DNA of 64,000 nt from Polaromonas sp. (lineage in GTDB: Bacteria; Pseudomonadota; Gammaproteobacteria; Burkholderiales; Burkholderiaceae_C), in contig JAYWGO010000012.1 of NCBI GenBank assembly GCA_043778205.1, positions 10,029-74,028 on the forward strand, given 5' to 3'. This document shows, one piece after another, positions 21,559 to 29,992 of this stretch (its first letter is position 1; each line of letters starts with the position of its first letter). Both the position numbers and the translations under genes were made by a program. Below the pieces are notes generated by a model. The model saw only the letters and a list, made by a program, of their open reading frames with translations. It did no database searches and had not been told where the DNA came from.

Positions 21559-21670
21559 GTATCTGTTAACGTATCTATTGGTTTTTGACAAAATTCCTTT
21601 AAAAACAGCCGCTTACGCTAAAGTATTTATTAATGCATCTGCTTAAAACCCCCTGCCAAGCAGGTTGTGC

Positions 21671-22912
21671 ATGACCGGCCCCCACACTGCCATGCGCAAG
21701 GTGTGGTTGCTGGCGGCCACCACCACGCTGACAGTTACCTCGTTTGCCATGCTGGGTCCGGTGCTGGCCGTGCTGTTGCACCAGCGCGGGCTGGGTACAG
21801 CGGCGATTGGTGCGTTTGCGATGATTGGGTTTAGCTGTGTGGCGGTGCTGATTCCTATCATGCCCCGGCTGTTTATGCGCTGGGGTTTGGGCCGCTGCTT
21901 TACCATTGGCGCCGTGCTGGAGGCGGTAAGCACCGTGGGCTATGTATTTACAGACCATTTTGCGGTGTGGTGCGCATGTGCCGCCTTGGGCGGAGCGGGC
22001 GGGGCTGCCGTTTGGAACGCAACCGAGTCGCTGCTGGCGCAGCACGCACCGCCGGCCCAGCGCGGGCGGGTGATGGGCTTGTACCAAACGGCCTTGGGCG
22101 CAGCACTGGCGGCCGGGCCGCTGCTTCCCGCACTGCTGGCTTGGCAGGCACCCACCACGCTGTGGGCCGGTGCGGCCATACAGTTTGCCGCGCTGGGTGT
22201 GATTTTGCTGACCGGTGTGGCCAGGCAGCTGGCACCGCACCCTTCTGCTTCTGCTTCTGCTTCTGCTTCTGCCACAGCGAATTCGGCTGTAGCAGGCGCA
22301 GGCCATGTCAGCGCGCCCAATGCGTCCGGTGGCACGTGGGCGGCAGTGCGCAGCGCGCCCGCCTTGGTGGCTATTGCGTTTGTCGGCGGCGTGTTTGAGG
22401 TGGGTCTTAACAGCATCAGCGCGGCCAACGGCGCTGGCATGGGCCTGTCGCTGGCGCAGGCCTCTGGCATTGTGGGCATGCTGGGGCTGGGCAGCTTTTT
22501 GTTCCAATACCCTGCAGGCATGGCAGCTGACAGGTACCCGGCCAGCAAGGTATTTGCAGCGGCTGGGGCGGTGCTGTTAGTGTCCACCGCAGCCTTCACG
22601 CTAGGCGGTCAATACCTACCGGTGCTATGGGCTACGGCTTTGCTGTGGGGCGGCGTGGGCGGCGCGCTGTACACCCTGTGCATGGTGCGTGTGGGCCACG
22701 ACTTTGCCACAAGCGCTACAGCTACGGGCGCTGGCGTTACAGGCACCGCAGCCGCAGGCACAGCGGCCATGATCAGCGGCTACACGCTGGGCGGGGCTGT
22801 GGGGCCTGTGGTCAGCGGTGCCGCGCTGCAATACGGCGGGCCGCTGGGGCTGGCCAGCTGGCTTGGAGCGCTGGCAGTAGGCGTAATACTGCTTGGCCAG
22901 CGGGTGCGCTAA
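21671..22912 (+). CDS. MFS transporter
   Basis: About 413 aa and highly hydrophobic, with about 12 TM-like segments. The central loop carries an (SA)5 repeat. Confidence 0.75.
   Translation: MTGPHTAMRKVWLLAATTTLTVTSFAMLGPVLAVLLHQRGLGTAAIGAFAMIGFSCVAVLIPIMPRLFMRWGLGRCFTIGAVLEAVSTVGYVFTDHFAVWCACAALGGAGGAAVWNATESLLAQHAPPAQRGRVMGLYQTALGAALAAGPLLPALLAWQAPTTLWAGAAIQFAALGVILLTGVARQLAPHPSASASASASATANSAVAGAGHVSAPNASGGTWAAVRSAPALVAIAFVGGVFEVGLNSISAANGAGMGLSLAQASGIVGMLGLGSFLFQYPAGMAADRYPASKVFAAAGAVLLVSTAAFTLGGQYLPVLWATALLWGGVGGALYTLCMVRVGHDFATSATATGAGVTGTAAAGTAAMISGYTLGGAVGPVVSGAALQYGGPLGLASWLGALAVGVILLGQRVR
22243..22272 (+). repeat. (TTCTGC)x5 hexanucleotide microsatellite inside the MFS gene
   Basis: Five perfect tandem units, encoding SASASASASA in the central loop. 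Confidence 0.9.
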
Positions 22913-23040
22913 GGCGCGCCCATACAGCACAGGCCACTGCCAACACCTGCAGTGCAGCGCTGGGCAAGCCTGCAATGCAGGGAGGTGGCCAATGGTTTAC
23001 ATTCACAGACTGCATCCTTTGTTTTACACCCCCCAGCACC

Positions 23041-24084
23041 ATGTACCACGCCGCCCCCACCCGTTACGACAGCATGCTGTACCGCAAATGCGGCCACAGT
23101 GGTCTTAAACTGCCCGCCATTTCGCTAGGCCTGTGGCACAACTTTGGCGACAGCACGCCGTTTGCGCTGCAGCGCGAGATGCTGCGCACGGCCTTTGACC
23201 TGGGGGTTACCCACTTTGACCTGGCCAACAACTACGGCCCGCCCTACGGCAGCGCCGAGACTAACTTTGGCGAACACATGCGCCGCGACTTTAGGCCCTA
23301 CCGCGACGAGCTGATTATCTCTAGCAAAGCGGGCTACGACATGTGGCCCGGCCCGTATGGCCAAGGCGGCGGCTCGCGCAAATACGTACTGGCCAGCCTA
23401 GACCAAAGCCTCAAGCGCATGGGCCTGGAGTATGTGGACATTTTTTACTCGCACCGCTTTGACCCCGACACTCCGCTGGAAGAAACCTGTGGCGCGCTGG
23501 CCACCGCCGTGCAGCAAGGCAAAGCGCTGTACGTAGGCATTAGCAGCTATAGCGCAGGCAAAACGCGCGAAGCCGCCGCCTTGCTGCGCAGCATGGGTGT
23601 GCCGCTGCGCATCCACCAGCCGTCTTACAGCTTGCTTAACCGCTGGGTTGAAGAAGACTTGCTGAACGCTCTGCAAGAGACCGGCGCAGGCTGCATCGCC
23701 TTTAGCGCGCTAGCCCAAGGCTTGCTCAGCACCAAATACCTCGGCGGCGTTCCGCAAGACGCACGCATTAACCGCCCCGGCGGTGGCTCATTCAAAAACG
23801 AACACCTGAGCGAATCCAACCTGGCGCATGTGCGCGGGCTTAACGACATCGCCCAGCAGCGCGGCCAAAGCCTGCCGCAAATGGCCGTGGCCTGGGTGCT
23901 GCGCCACCCCAGCGTAACTTCTGCTTTGATCGGCACCAGCAACGCCGCGCAAGTCACCGAGCTGGTGGGCGCGCTGGCCAAGCTGACGTTCACCACCGAC
24001 GAGCTGGCGGCCATCGACAAACTGGCCGTAGACGGTGGCATCAATTTGTGGCACCGCCCTTCAACAGACCAGGCCTTGGCTTAA
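23041..24084 (+). CDS. gpr: aldo-keto reductase, L-glyceraldehyde-3-phosphate reductase (YghZ/Gpr) type
   Basis: From MYHAAPTRYDSMLYRKCGHSGLKLPAISLGLWHNFGD onward it is collinear with my memory of E. coli YghZ (THFDLANNYGPPYGSAE, ISSKAGYDMWPGPYG, YVDIFYSHR). The 138 codons upstream of that Met in the track ORF are Arg/Gly-rich and do not look like coding sequence. Confidence 0.9.
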   Translation: MYHAAPTRYDSMLYRKCGHSGLKLPAISLGLWHNFGDSTPFALQREMLRTAFDLGVTHFDLANNYGPPYGSAETNFGEHMRRDFRPYRDELIISSKAGYDMWPGPYGQGGGSRKYVLASLDQSLKRMGLEYVDIFYSHRFDPDTPLEETCGALATAVQQGKALYVGISSYSAGKTREAAALLRSMGVPLRIHQPSYSLLNRWVEEDLLNALQETGAGCIAFSALAQGLLSTKYLGGVPQDARINRPGGGSFKNEHLSESNLAHVRGLNDIAQQRGQSLPQMAVAWVLRHPSVTSALIGTSNAAQVTELVGALAKLTFTTDELAAIDKLAVDGGINLWHRPSTDQALA

Positions 24085-24134
24085 TCAGCGCATTTTGCAT
24101 CGGCCTGTGCCCAAGAGAGCGCAAGTACAGCTAG

Positions 24135-24185
24135 TCCTAAAACTATAGCTGCTTGTGCAGCATTTCCTTGGGCCATAAGGCCAAA
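24135..24185 (+). repeat. triple-palindrome repeat element, copy 3
   Basis: AACTATAGCTGCTTGTGCAGCATTTCCTTGGGCCATAAGGCC. Confidence 0.9.
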
Positions 24186-24233
24186 GCATATAAATTTAGT
24201 CAGTTTAATGCAGTCTATTTGAAGCAAACGGCT

Positions 24234-26174
24234 TCACTTTACTTCATCCACCACCACCATCGCTGCGCCGTACGCATCAGAGCACAGGGCGTTGTTGCGG
24301 CGGGCGCTGGCGCTGGTGCATGCTTGGGTGGTGACGGTGGGGCTGGTGGACATGAGGGCGCCTAGCGCTGCGCGGCCTGCGCTGTCGTTCAGGGAGGTGA
24401 CAAAGGGGCCAGTTTTGCTGGCGGCCAGGGCGGTGAGGTCGCGCGGGCTGTCGGCTACAAAAACCAGCAGATTGTCGCGGCCTGCAGGGCCACCGGCTTT
24501 GACGCGCCAGTTGGGGCGTGGCAGGCCCAGCTGCTGGCCTGCGGCAATTTTGTTGTTTTGGTCCAGATCGTTGGGGAACAACAGGTACAGCGACTGGTTG
24601 TCCGACCCGGCCATGGCAACATAGACGTAGCCTGCGCGGTCAGACTGCACCACAAACTCTAGGCTGTCTTGGCCAATTTTAAGTTTGTCTTTGGACAGCG
24701 TAACTTGCACCCGGCGTTTGGCATCGCGCTGGTCGAACATTTGACGCAAGGCTTGCTCCCCGCTGAGGGGGGCGGGGGTGGTGACAGGAGAGGCTGCGAC
24801 CGTGGGTGCGGGGGCAGCGGGGGCAGTGATGGTCGCCGCTACTGGAGGTGCCGCAGGTGCTGCCGCTGGCAAGGCCACGGGCGCTGCCGATGCTACGGTG
24901 GCCAGCGGCGCGGTTTGGCTGAACCATGCCGGTACAAAACCGGTGTTGCCTGAAAGCTGTATGTTGTGGGCTTTGTAGTTGGCATCGTTTTTCATGCGCT
25001 GGTCAATTTTGGTTTGCGCGCATTGGCGAATTTCGTCCATGCTGATGGCACCCGAGCCGTCCAGGTCTTTGGCCTCGCGCAGCATGCAGTCGCGCATGTA
25101 CTGGGTGGCCAGGCCGCCTTTGTTGCTGTCGTCAAAGCTGATTTCGTCGTTTTTAGACGCGCTGATGTGAATGACATCTTGCGGCAGCGCGCCGGCTTGC
25201 ACTTGCTCTACCAGCAGGTTGCGGGTTTTCACGTTCACTGGGCGACCACACTCCTCGCTGATAGACGCAAACTTGGGCCGCAGCGTGCCTTCGTCGGCGG
25301 GGTTGGTAAAGCCGCGTGTGCGCACCACCGATGCGGCGTTGACAATGCCGCCAGAGTGGCATGCGTCGTACATCACAAACAGTTTGTCGGTTTTTTGGGT
25401 GATGGGGGCCAGCAAAGTGCTCATCTCGCGGTTGGTTAGCGTGCCGCTGGTGCCGCCGTCGTAGGCCAGCAGGGCCTCGATGCAGCCGCCCGCTGCGGGG
25501 TCGTTGTAGCGGGTGCCGTGGCCGCTAAAGTGCACAAACACGCGGTCGCCGTCTTGCACGCGGGCATTCATGTCGGCCAAGGCTTGGCGAATGTTGGCCC
25601 CGGTGGCCTGGCTGTCTTGCAGGTAGGTGATGTTGCTGGCGGGTACCTGCATGGCACCGGCCATTTGGGTGGCCGATTCGCGGTCGATGCGGGCACCAGG
25701 CAAGGGCGGTGTGCCTTTGTCGGCATATTCACTGATGCCGATGATGAGGGCGTGGCGGTTGCTGCGCGCAGGCAAGCTGCGCACGCCCAGCGTGAGGGCG
25801 GCGTTGACGGTGCTGCCGGTGGCCAAGCGGCCTGTGTTGGTGGCCGACACGGCTGAGCCGCCTGACTGCAAATTCAGCGCCGAAGCGCGTACCCAGCCTG
25901 CTTGGTTGGCCCCACTGCTGGCCAGCTCTACATAAGCCCAACCGCCTTCTAGGCTGAGCAGGCGCAGCGTTGCCCCGGCGGCTACCGTGCCCACCACGGC
26001 GGCACTGGGCAGCTTGTCGGCTTTAAGTTCGATGGCGCGGGCAGCAGTAGTGGTGGTAGTGGTGGTTTGGGCGTTCACGGCCAGCGTTAGCAGCAGGGCG
26101 GCGCACAGCGCAGCGATTTTTAAACGGTGTTGCAGCGGGCGGTGGGCTGGACTGTGGCTGGCGGTGAGAAACAT
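24234..26174 (-). CDS. secreted peptidase-C14 (caspase-fold) protein with an SH3b-like N-domain and a DUF4384-like C-domain
   Basis: Start chosen at MFLTASHS...LLLTLAVNAQ (signal peptide, GGAG 5 nt upstream). His context VHFSGHGTR, Cys context MYDACHSGG. SH3b-like GATLRLLSLEGGWAYVEL. C-terminal AGYVYVAMAGSDNQSLYLLFPN. Confidence 0.8.
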   Translation of the reverse strand: MFLTASHSPAHRPLQHRLKIAALCAALLLTLAVNAQTTTTTTTAARAIELKADKLPSAAVVGTVAAGATLRLLSLEGGWAYVELASSGANQAGWVRASALNLQSGGSAVSATNTGRLATGSTVNAALTLGVRSLPARSNRHALIIGISEYADKGTPPLPGARIDRESATQMAGAMQVPASNITYLQDSQATGANIRQALADMNARVQDGDRVFVHFSGHGTRYNDPAAGGCIEALLAYDGGTSGTLTNREMSTLLAPITQKTDKLFVMYDACHSGGIVNAASVVRTRGFTNPADEGTLRPKFASISEECGRPVNVKTRNLLVEQVQAGALPQDVIHISASKNDEISFDDSNKGGLATQYMRDCMLREAKDLDGSGAISMDEIRQCAQTKIDQRMKNDANYKAHNIQLSGNTGFVPAWFSQTAPLATVASAAPVALPAAAPAAPPVAATITAPAAPAPTVAASPVTTPAPLSGEQALRQMFDQRDAKRRVQVTLSKDKLKIGQDSLEFVVQSDRAGYVYVAMAGSDNQSLYLLFPNDLDQNNKIAAGQQLGLPRPNWRVKAGGPAGRDNLLVFVADSPRDLTALAASKTGPFVTSLNDSAGRAALGALMSTSPTVTTQACTSASARRNNALCSDAYGAAMVVVDEVK

Positions 26175-26202
26175 GGCGGCTCCTTGAAAATAAATAAAAA
26201 TG

Positions 26203-28161
26203 TTAACGCGCTGCGGTTTGGCTAGGCTGGCCAGGGCGGTAATCAACGCGGTGGTCGGTGCTGTGGTCGGTTGGCTGGGCGCAGACCTCGCGGGCACCCT
26301 GAGCCCAGTCGGCGCGGCTGGTGGTCTGGCTGACGGGCAGGGGCACAGAGCACGAGGTTACCCGCAGGCCGATGTGGGCACCGCGCTTGCCGCGCCTGCT
26401 GCCGTCTAGCAGCACGGTGCGCAGGCTGGCCAGCTGGGCTAACGGGCCTGCCAAGGCCACGGTGCTGTACAGCTCGGGCCAGCGCAGGCGGGCAGGCCAG
26501 GTGCAACCGGCATCGCCGCCCAGTACGCGGCACTGGGGGGCATGGCGCTGCAAGGTGTCAATCAATGCGTCCAGGCCGGGGCCGGTGGCGGGGTGCAACA
26601 AGCGCACGGCCATCAAACCATGGGGTTGGACTAAGGCAGCGTGCTCGGCCAGGGCGGTGTGGGCAGCGCTGCCAGCGGGGTCAGCAGGGCCAACGGCAGT
26701 GGCTTCTGCATCTGCATCTGCATTGCCTGCTGCATGCATGTCGCCACACCAGTAGTCGCGCCGCCAGCCATTCCACACGCGCAGCAGCCCTATGTACAGC
26801 AGCGCTACGCCCGCAGCCAAGTGCAGGTCTACGAACATGCCGCCAACATTTAGCGACACATAGCCCACAGCCAGCAGCGCACCGGGCAGCAGCAAAAGCG
26901 CTGCGTCCAGCGTGCCAATGCCGTGGCGCTGTACCCAAGCTGCCAGCCCCAGGCACAGGCCTATGGCCAAGCCCGCTTGCAGCCAGCGCGGCAGCTCAAG
27001 CAGGCTGCGTTGGTTAACCTGGTTGTCCATGGCGGTGGCCAGTATGTCGATGCCGGTGTGCTTGGTGCCCAGCGGGGTGGGGTGGATGTCGTGCAGGCTG
27101 GACGCTGTGGCCCCAATCAGCACAATTTTGCCGGCAAAGCTGGGTACCGGCTGGAGTGGCGCGCCGCCCTCGGCAGCAGCAAACACGTCGGCCAGCGGCA
27201 CGCGTGGGTAGCTGTTGGCCTGGGCCCGCCACACAATCAATGTGTCTGTGTTTTTACAGTCAAATAGGCCTATCGCCCAAGTAAATGCTACACAGTTAGC
27301 TATTAAATTAGAAGCGTTTGACGGGTGCGGTGCGGGCTGCGCAGCGGGTGCAGTGTGCGCCCCGGAGGCAGCGGGTGCACTGGGGCTGGCCACTTTGGCG
27401 GCGCTGGCAGCCACCGTGTGGGCCACGCTCACCGCCAGCGACTGCAGCGCGGTGTTGTCGCTCAAACTTTCGACCACGCGGTAGCGGCGCAGCATGCCGT
27501 CGCGGTCGGGGTAGCCGTTGTTGTAGCCCAGCTTGGCGGCAGCCACTGCAGGTAACACTGGGGCTATTAAAGCCACAGTAGCGGTGCTGTCGGCCAGGGC
27601 CAGTGCACTGGGTGCGGCGCTGCCCGCTCCTGCCCCTGCCGCTGCCCCTGCTTGCGGCGCAGAGCCCAGCCACAGGTTGGGCAATACAGCGCGGGTGACC
27701 TTGCTTTGTGCGTCGTATTCCTTGGGCAAGCGCACTACGGCAAAGTGGCTGCGCAGGCTGCGGCGGGCGGCTTCGTCAAAGGCTTTGTCACCCCCGGGCG
27801 AGAGCCGGTCGGCATCGCTGAACAGCACGTCCCAGGCAATGGCCTGCGGGTTTTGTTTTTCAATATAGTCCAGCACCGTGGCCAGTGTGTCGCGCGGCCA
27901 CGGCCAGCGGCCAAACTCGGGGGCCATGCGGGCCAGGGTGGCCTCGTCAATGTCCACAATCACCAGCCGTGGGTCGGGCGCAGCAGCCACCACGCGGGCA
28001 CGCACCATCGCGTCGTAGGTGGTGTTGGCCAAGCCGCTAGAGACCTTGAGCACCAGCGCATCGAGCAGCGCCCACACGCAAAACGCCAGCGCCAAACCCC
28101 AAGTCACGCGGGCTGCAGGCAGGCTGCCAATAGTGGCGGTGAAGCGCTGCCAAAGCTGCAT
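26203..28161 (-). CDS. CHASE2 domain membrane protein with an uncharacterised cytoplasmic C-terminal domain
   Basis: 652 aa. N-terminal TM, then VIVDIDEATL...FGRWPWPRDTLA...IAWDVLFSD (CHASE2 hallmarks), then about 3 TM helices, then about 180 aa with no recognisable kinase, GGDEF or intact cyclase motifs. Confidence 0.8.
   Translation of the reverse strand: MQLWQRFTATIGSLPAARVTWGLALAFCVWALLDALVLKVSSGLANTTYDAMVRARVVAAAPDPRLVIVDIDEATLARMAPEFGRWPWPRDTLATVLDYIEKQNPQAIAWDVLFSDADRLSPGGDKAFDEAARRSLRSHFAVVRLPKEYDAQSKVTRAVLPNLWLGSAPQAGAAAGAGAGSAAPSALALADSTATVALIAPVLPAVAAAKLGYNNGYPDRDGMLRRYRVVESLSDNTALQSLAVSVAHTVAASAAKVASPSAPAASGAHTAPAAQPAPHPSNASNLIANCVAFTWAIGLFDCKNTDTLIVWRAQANSYPRVPLADVFAAAEGGAPLQPVPSFAGKIVLIGATASSLHDIHPTPLGTKHTGIDILATAMDNQVNQRSLLELPRWLQAGLAIGLCLGLAAWVQRHGIGTLDAALLLLPGALLAVGYVSLNVGGMFVDLHLAAGVALLYIGLLRVWNGWRRDYWCGDMHAAGNADADAEATAVGPADPAGSAAHTALAEHAALVQPHGLMAVRLLHPATGPGLDALIDTLQRHAPQCRVLGGDAGCTWPARLRWPELYSTVALAGPLAQLASLRTVLLDGSRRGKRGAHIGLRVTSCSVPLPVSQTTSRADWAQGAREVCAQPTDHSTDHRVDYRPGQPSQTAAR
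27262..27311 (-). repeat. triple-palindrome repeat element, copy 4 (reverse orientation, in frame inside the CHASE2 gene)
   Basis: Reverse complement CTAATTTAATAGCTAACTGTGTAGCATTTACTTGGGCGATAGGCCTATTT, translated as NLIANCVAFTWAIGLF. Confidence 0.85.
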
Positions 28162-28170
28162 GGTGCTTTA

Positions 28171-29988
28171 TTAGCGCAGGGCCAGGCTGTCGGCGCTGCT
28201 CAGCGAGAAGCTGGTCAGCTCGTTGCGGGTGTAGCGGTCAATCTTGCCGCTGCGGTCGCGCCGCTCGTATTCATGCGCTACAAAGTTGCGCAGCGCGGGC
28301 ACATACCAATGCACGTCGCGGTATTTGAGTGTGTAGCTACTGCCGCCGTTGGTATTTTTGCCGCTGACAAAGCCGGTGTGCTCAATTTTCCAGGCCTCAA
28401 ACTCGCCAGCGGGCACCTTGATTTTCTCTAGGCCCACTACCTGCACATCGCCCTCACGAACCTCTGTGCCGCTGCCATCCGTGTTTTTCCAGTCAAGGGT
28501 GTATTTTTCTTTTTCGCTGTAGCCTGCCTTGAGCGTGGCCGGGAACAGGCGGTAGCCAGACCACTGCAAAGTGTCGCCATTTTTGTCGCGGGTGGACAGT
28601 AAAACACCGTCGGCCGTCCAGCGCACACTGCCGTTGTTGAGCGTCATATTGCCCTGTGCGTCCATGCTGGTGATGTGGCGGTCCCAGTTGTGGGTGACTT
28701 CTTGTTTGAACCGGTCAATACTTTGGTAACGCCAGCGGTCGCCCACCGTGTAGCCAAACGAGTTACTGGCCTGCACTGGTCGCGCCATGGCTGCCGGGGC
28801 GGATGCAACAATGGGTGCGGCTAAAGGCGCGGCAACCGTTGTATTGGCCACCACTACCGCTCCAGGTGTTTTCGCCAACTGCATTTGTACCAACTGCTCG
28901 CGTGCCAAAGCGCTGTAGCGCCCGCTGGGAAAGCGGTTTAAATACGCCTGCAGTTCGATCGGCACTTGCGAGTTTTTTACTGCGTCCCACAGGGCGTTTT
29001 CTACCGCTACGCTAGAGTCCACGGCCGCTGCGGTCGCCGCACTGGCCCCACCGCGAAAGTAAAAGTCGCCCTCCATCGAGGTGGCTTCCCAGGGCACTTG
29101 TTTGCCTTGGCTGTCGCGGCGCACGTTGGCGCGCACTTGCTTGAACACGTCCTCCACCTTGCTGCCGCTTTGGCGCATGGCGGTGAGCAGGTGCTGGGTG
29201 TACAGGCCATTGGCACCCGCGCCGTCGCTGGCCACTGCGCCGGGCGAGGTGGCAAAGGCCACCAGGGTACCCACGGGTGCGTCCATTTGCGCCAAACCGG
29301 CTTGGCCGCTGCGCGCGCTGCGGGTAAACGGGTTGTTGCGGCAGGCATCCAAAATCATGATGTTGGCGGCATTGCCTGCGGCCTCCATTTTGTCCAGCAC
29401 GGCCTGCGCGTCCACCGCGCTGTAGGCCACCTCGTCTTCGCGCTCCACATTGGCACCCACCGGCACCAGGTAGTTGCGGCCTTTGATCTGCATGCCGTGG
29501 CCTGCATAGTAAAACAGGCCCACCGCACCTGCGTTGTTGGGGGCGCCCGCTTTATTGGAAGCGCCACCACGCAACTTGTCGCCAAACTCGCGCAGGGCCG
29601 ACAGCATGCCGCGCTGGTCGGTGTTCTCACGCAAGATCACGGTAAAACCCGACTCTTGCAGCGCAGCCGCTACGGCGCGGGCATCGTTGACGGGGTTAAG
29701 CAGGGGCGCGTCTTTGTAAGCGGCGTTGCCAATCACCAAGGCCACGCGGGCCGTGGCTTGGCCTGAAATGGGCTTAGCCGTGTTGGGAGCCGCTGCTTGC
29801 ACCACCAGGTTGCGGTCAGGTTGGGCCGCAGTTTTAGCCGGGCCAGCTGCTGGGTTAGCGGATTGGGCCACGGCATGGGGCAGCGCACAAACACCCAACG
29901 CACCGATTGCCAGTACTATTAATTTTATAGCTGCTTGTGCAGCATTTCCTTGGGCCAAAGGGTGATTTAGCATGAAAATAGAGTGCAT
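28171..29988 (-). CDS. secreted peptidase-C14 (caspase-fold) protein with a beta-rich C-terminal domain
   Basis: Start at MHSIFMLNHPLAQGN (29988) or MLNHPL (29973). Signal peptide ...ALGVCALPHAVA-QS. His context YYAGHGMQ, Cys context ILDACRNNPF. The first 38 codons of the track ORF overlap the upstream OmpA-like gene and are rejected. Confidence 0.8.
   Translation of the reverse strand: MHSIFMLNHPLAQGNAAQAAIKLIVLAIGALGVCALPHAVAQSANPAAGPAKTAAQPDRNLVVQAAAPNTAKPISGQATARVALVIGNAAYKDAPLLNPVNDARAVAAALQESGFTVILRENTDQRGMLSALREFGDKLRGGASNKAGAPNNAGAVGLFYYAGHGMQIKGRNYLVPVGANVEREDEVAYSAVDAQAVLDKMEAAGNAANIMILDACRNNPFTRSARSGQAGLAQMDAPVGTLVAFATSPGAVASDGAGANGLYTQHLLTAMRQSGSKVEDVFKQVRANVRRDSQGKQVPWEATSMEGDFYFRGGASAATAAAVDSSVAVENALWDAVKNSQVPIELQAYLNRFPSGRYSALAREQLVQMQLAKTPGAVVVANTTVAAPLAAPIVASAPAAMARPVQASNSFGYTVGDRWRYQSIDRFKQEVTHNWDRHITSMDAQGNMTLNNGSVRWTADGVLLSTRDKNGDTLQWSGYRLFPATLKAGYSEKEKYTLDWKNTDGSGTEVREGDVQVVGLEKIKVPAGEFEAWKIEHTGFVSGKNTNGGSSYTLKYRDVHWYVPALRNFVAHEYERRDRSGKIDRYTRNELTSFSLSSADSLALR
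29914..29965 (+). repeat. triple-palindrome repeat element, copy 5 (overlaps the 5' end of the caspase gene on the opposite strand)
   Basis: GTACTATTAATTTTATAGCTGCTTGTGCAGCATTTCCTTGGGCCAAAGGGTG. Confidence 0.9.
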
Positions 29989-29992
29989 TGGA

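Noticed and set aside
21620-21665. Possible additional degenerate copy of the repeat element (GTATTTATTAATGCATCTGCTT...)
   Set aside because: Only the AT-rich left part and CTGCTT align, and the GCAGCATTTCCTTGGG half is missing. The evidence is insufficient to call.
21599-22507. 302-aa minus-strand ORF opposite the MFS gene, plus several 90-220-aa ORFs in 21940..22975
   Set aside because: Arg/Gly/Gln-rich junk frames. The plus strand gives a 12-TM-like transporter.
22627-23040. 138-codon N-terminal extension of the aldo-keto reductase ORF
   Set aside because: The extension overlaps the end of the MFS gene and is Arg/Gly-rich. Similarity to YghZ begins at the Met at 23041.
26175-26297. Upstream extension of the SH3-caspase ORF into the CHASE2 gene
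   Set aside because: It would overlap the CHASE2 coding end by 95 nt. The internal Met at 26174 has a GGAG Shine-Dalgarno sequence and begins a canonical signal peptide.
27652-28431. 259-aa plus-strand ORF across the CHASE2 / caspase gene junction, and 28966..29766 (266 aa) opposite the caspase gene
   Set aside because: Antisense frames. The minus-strand products carry CHASE2 and His/Cys caspase motifs.
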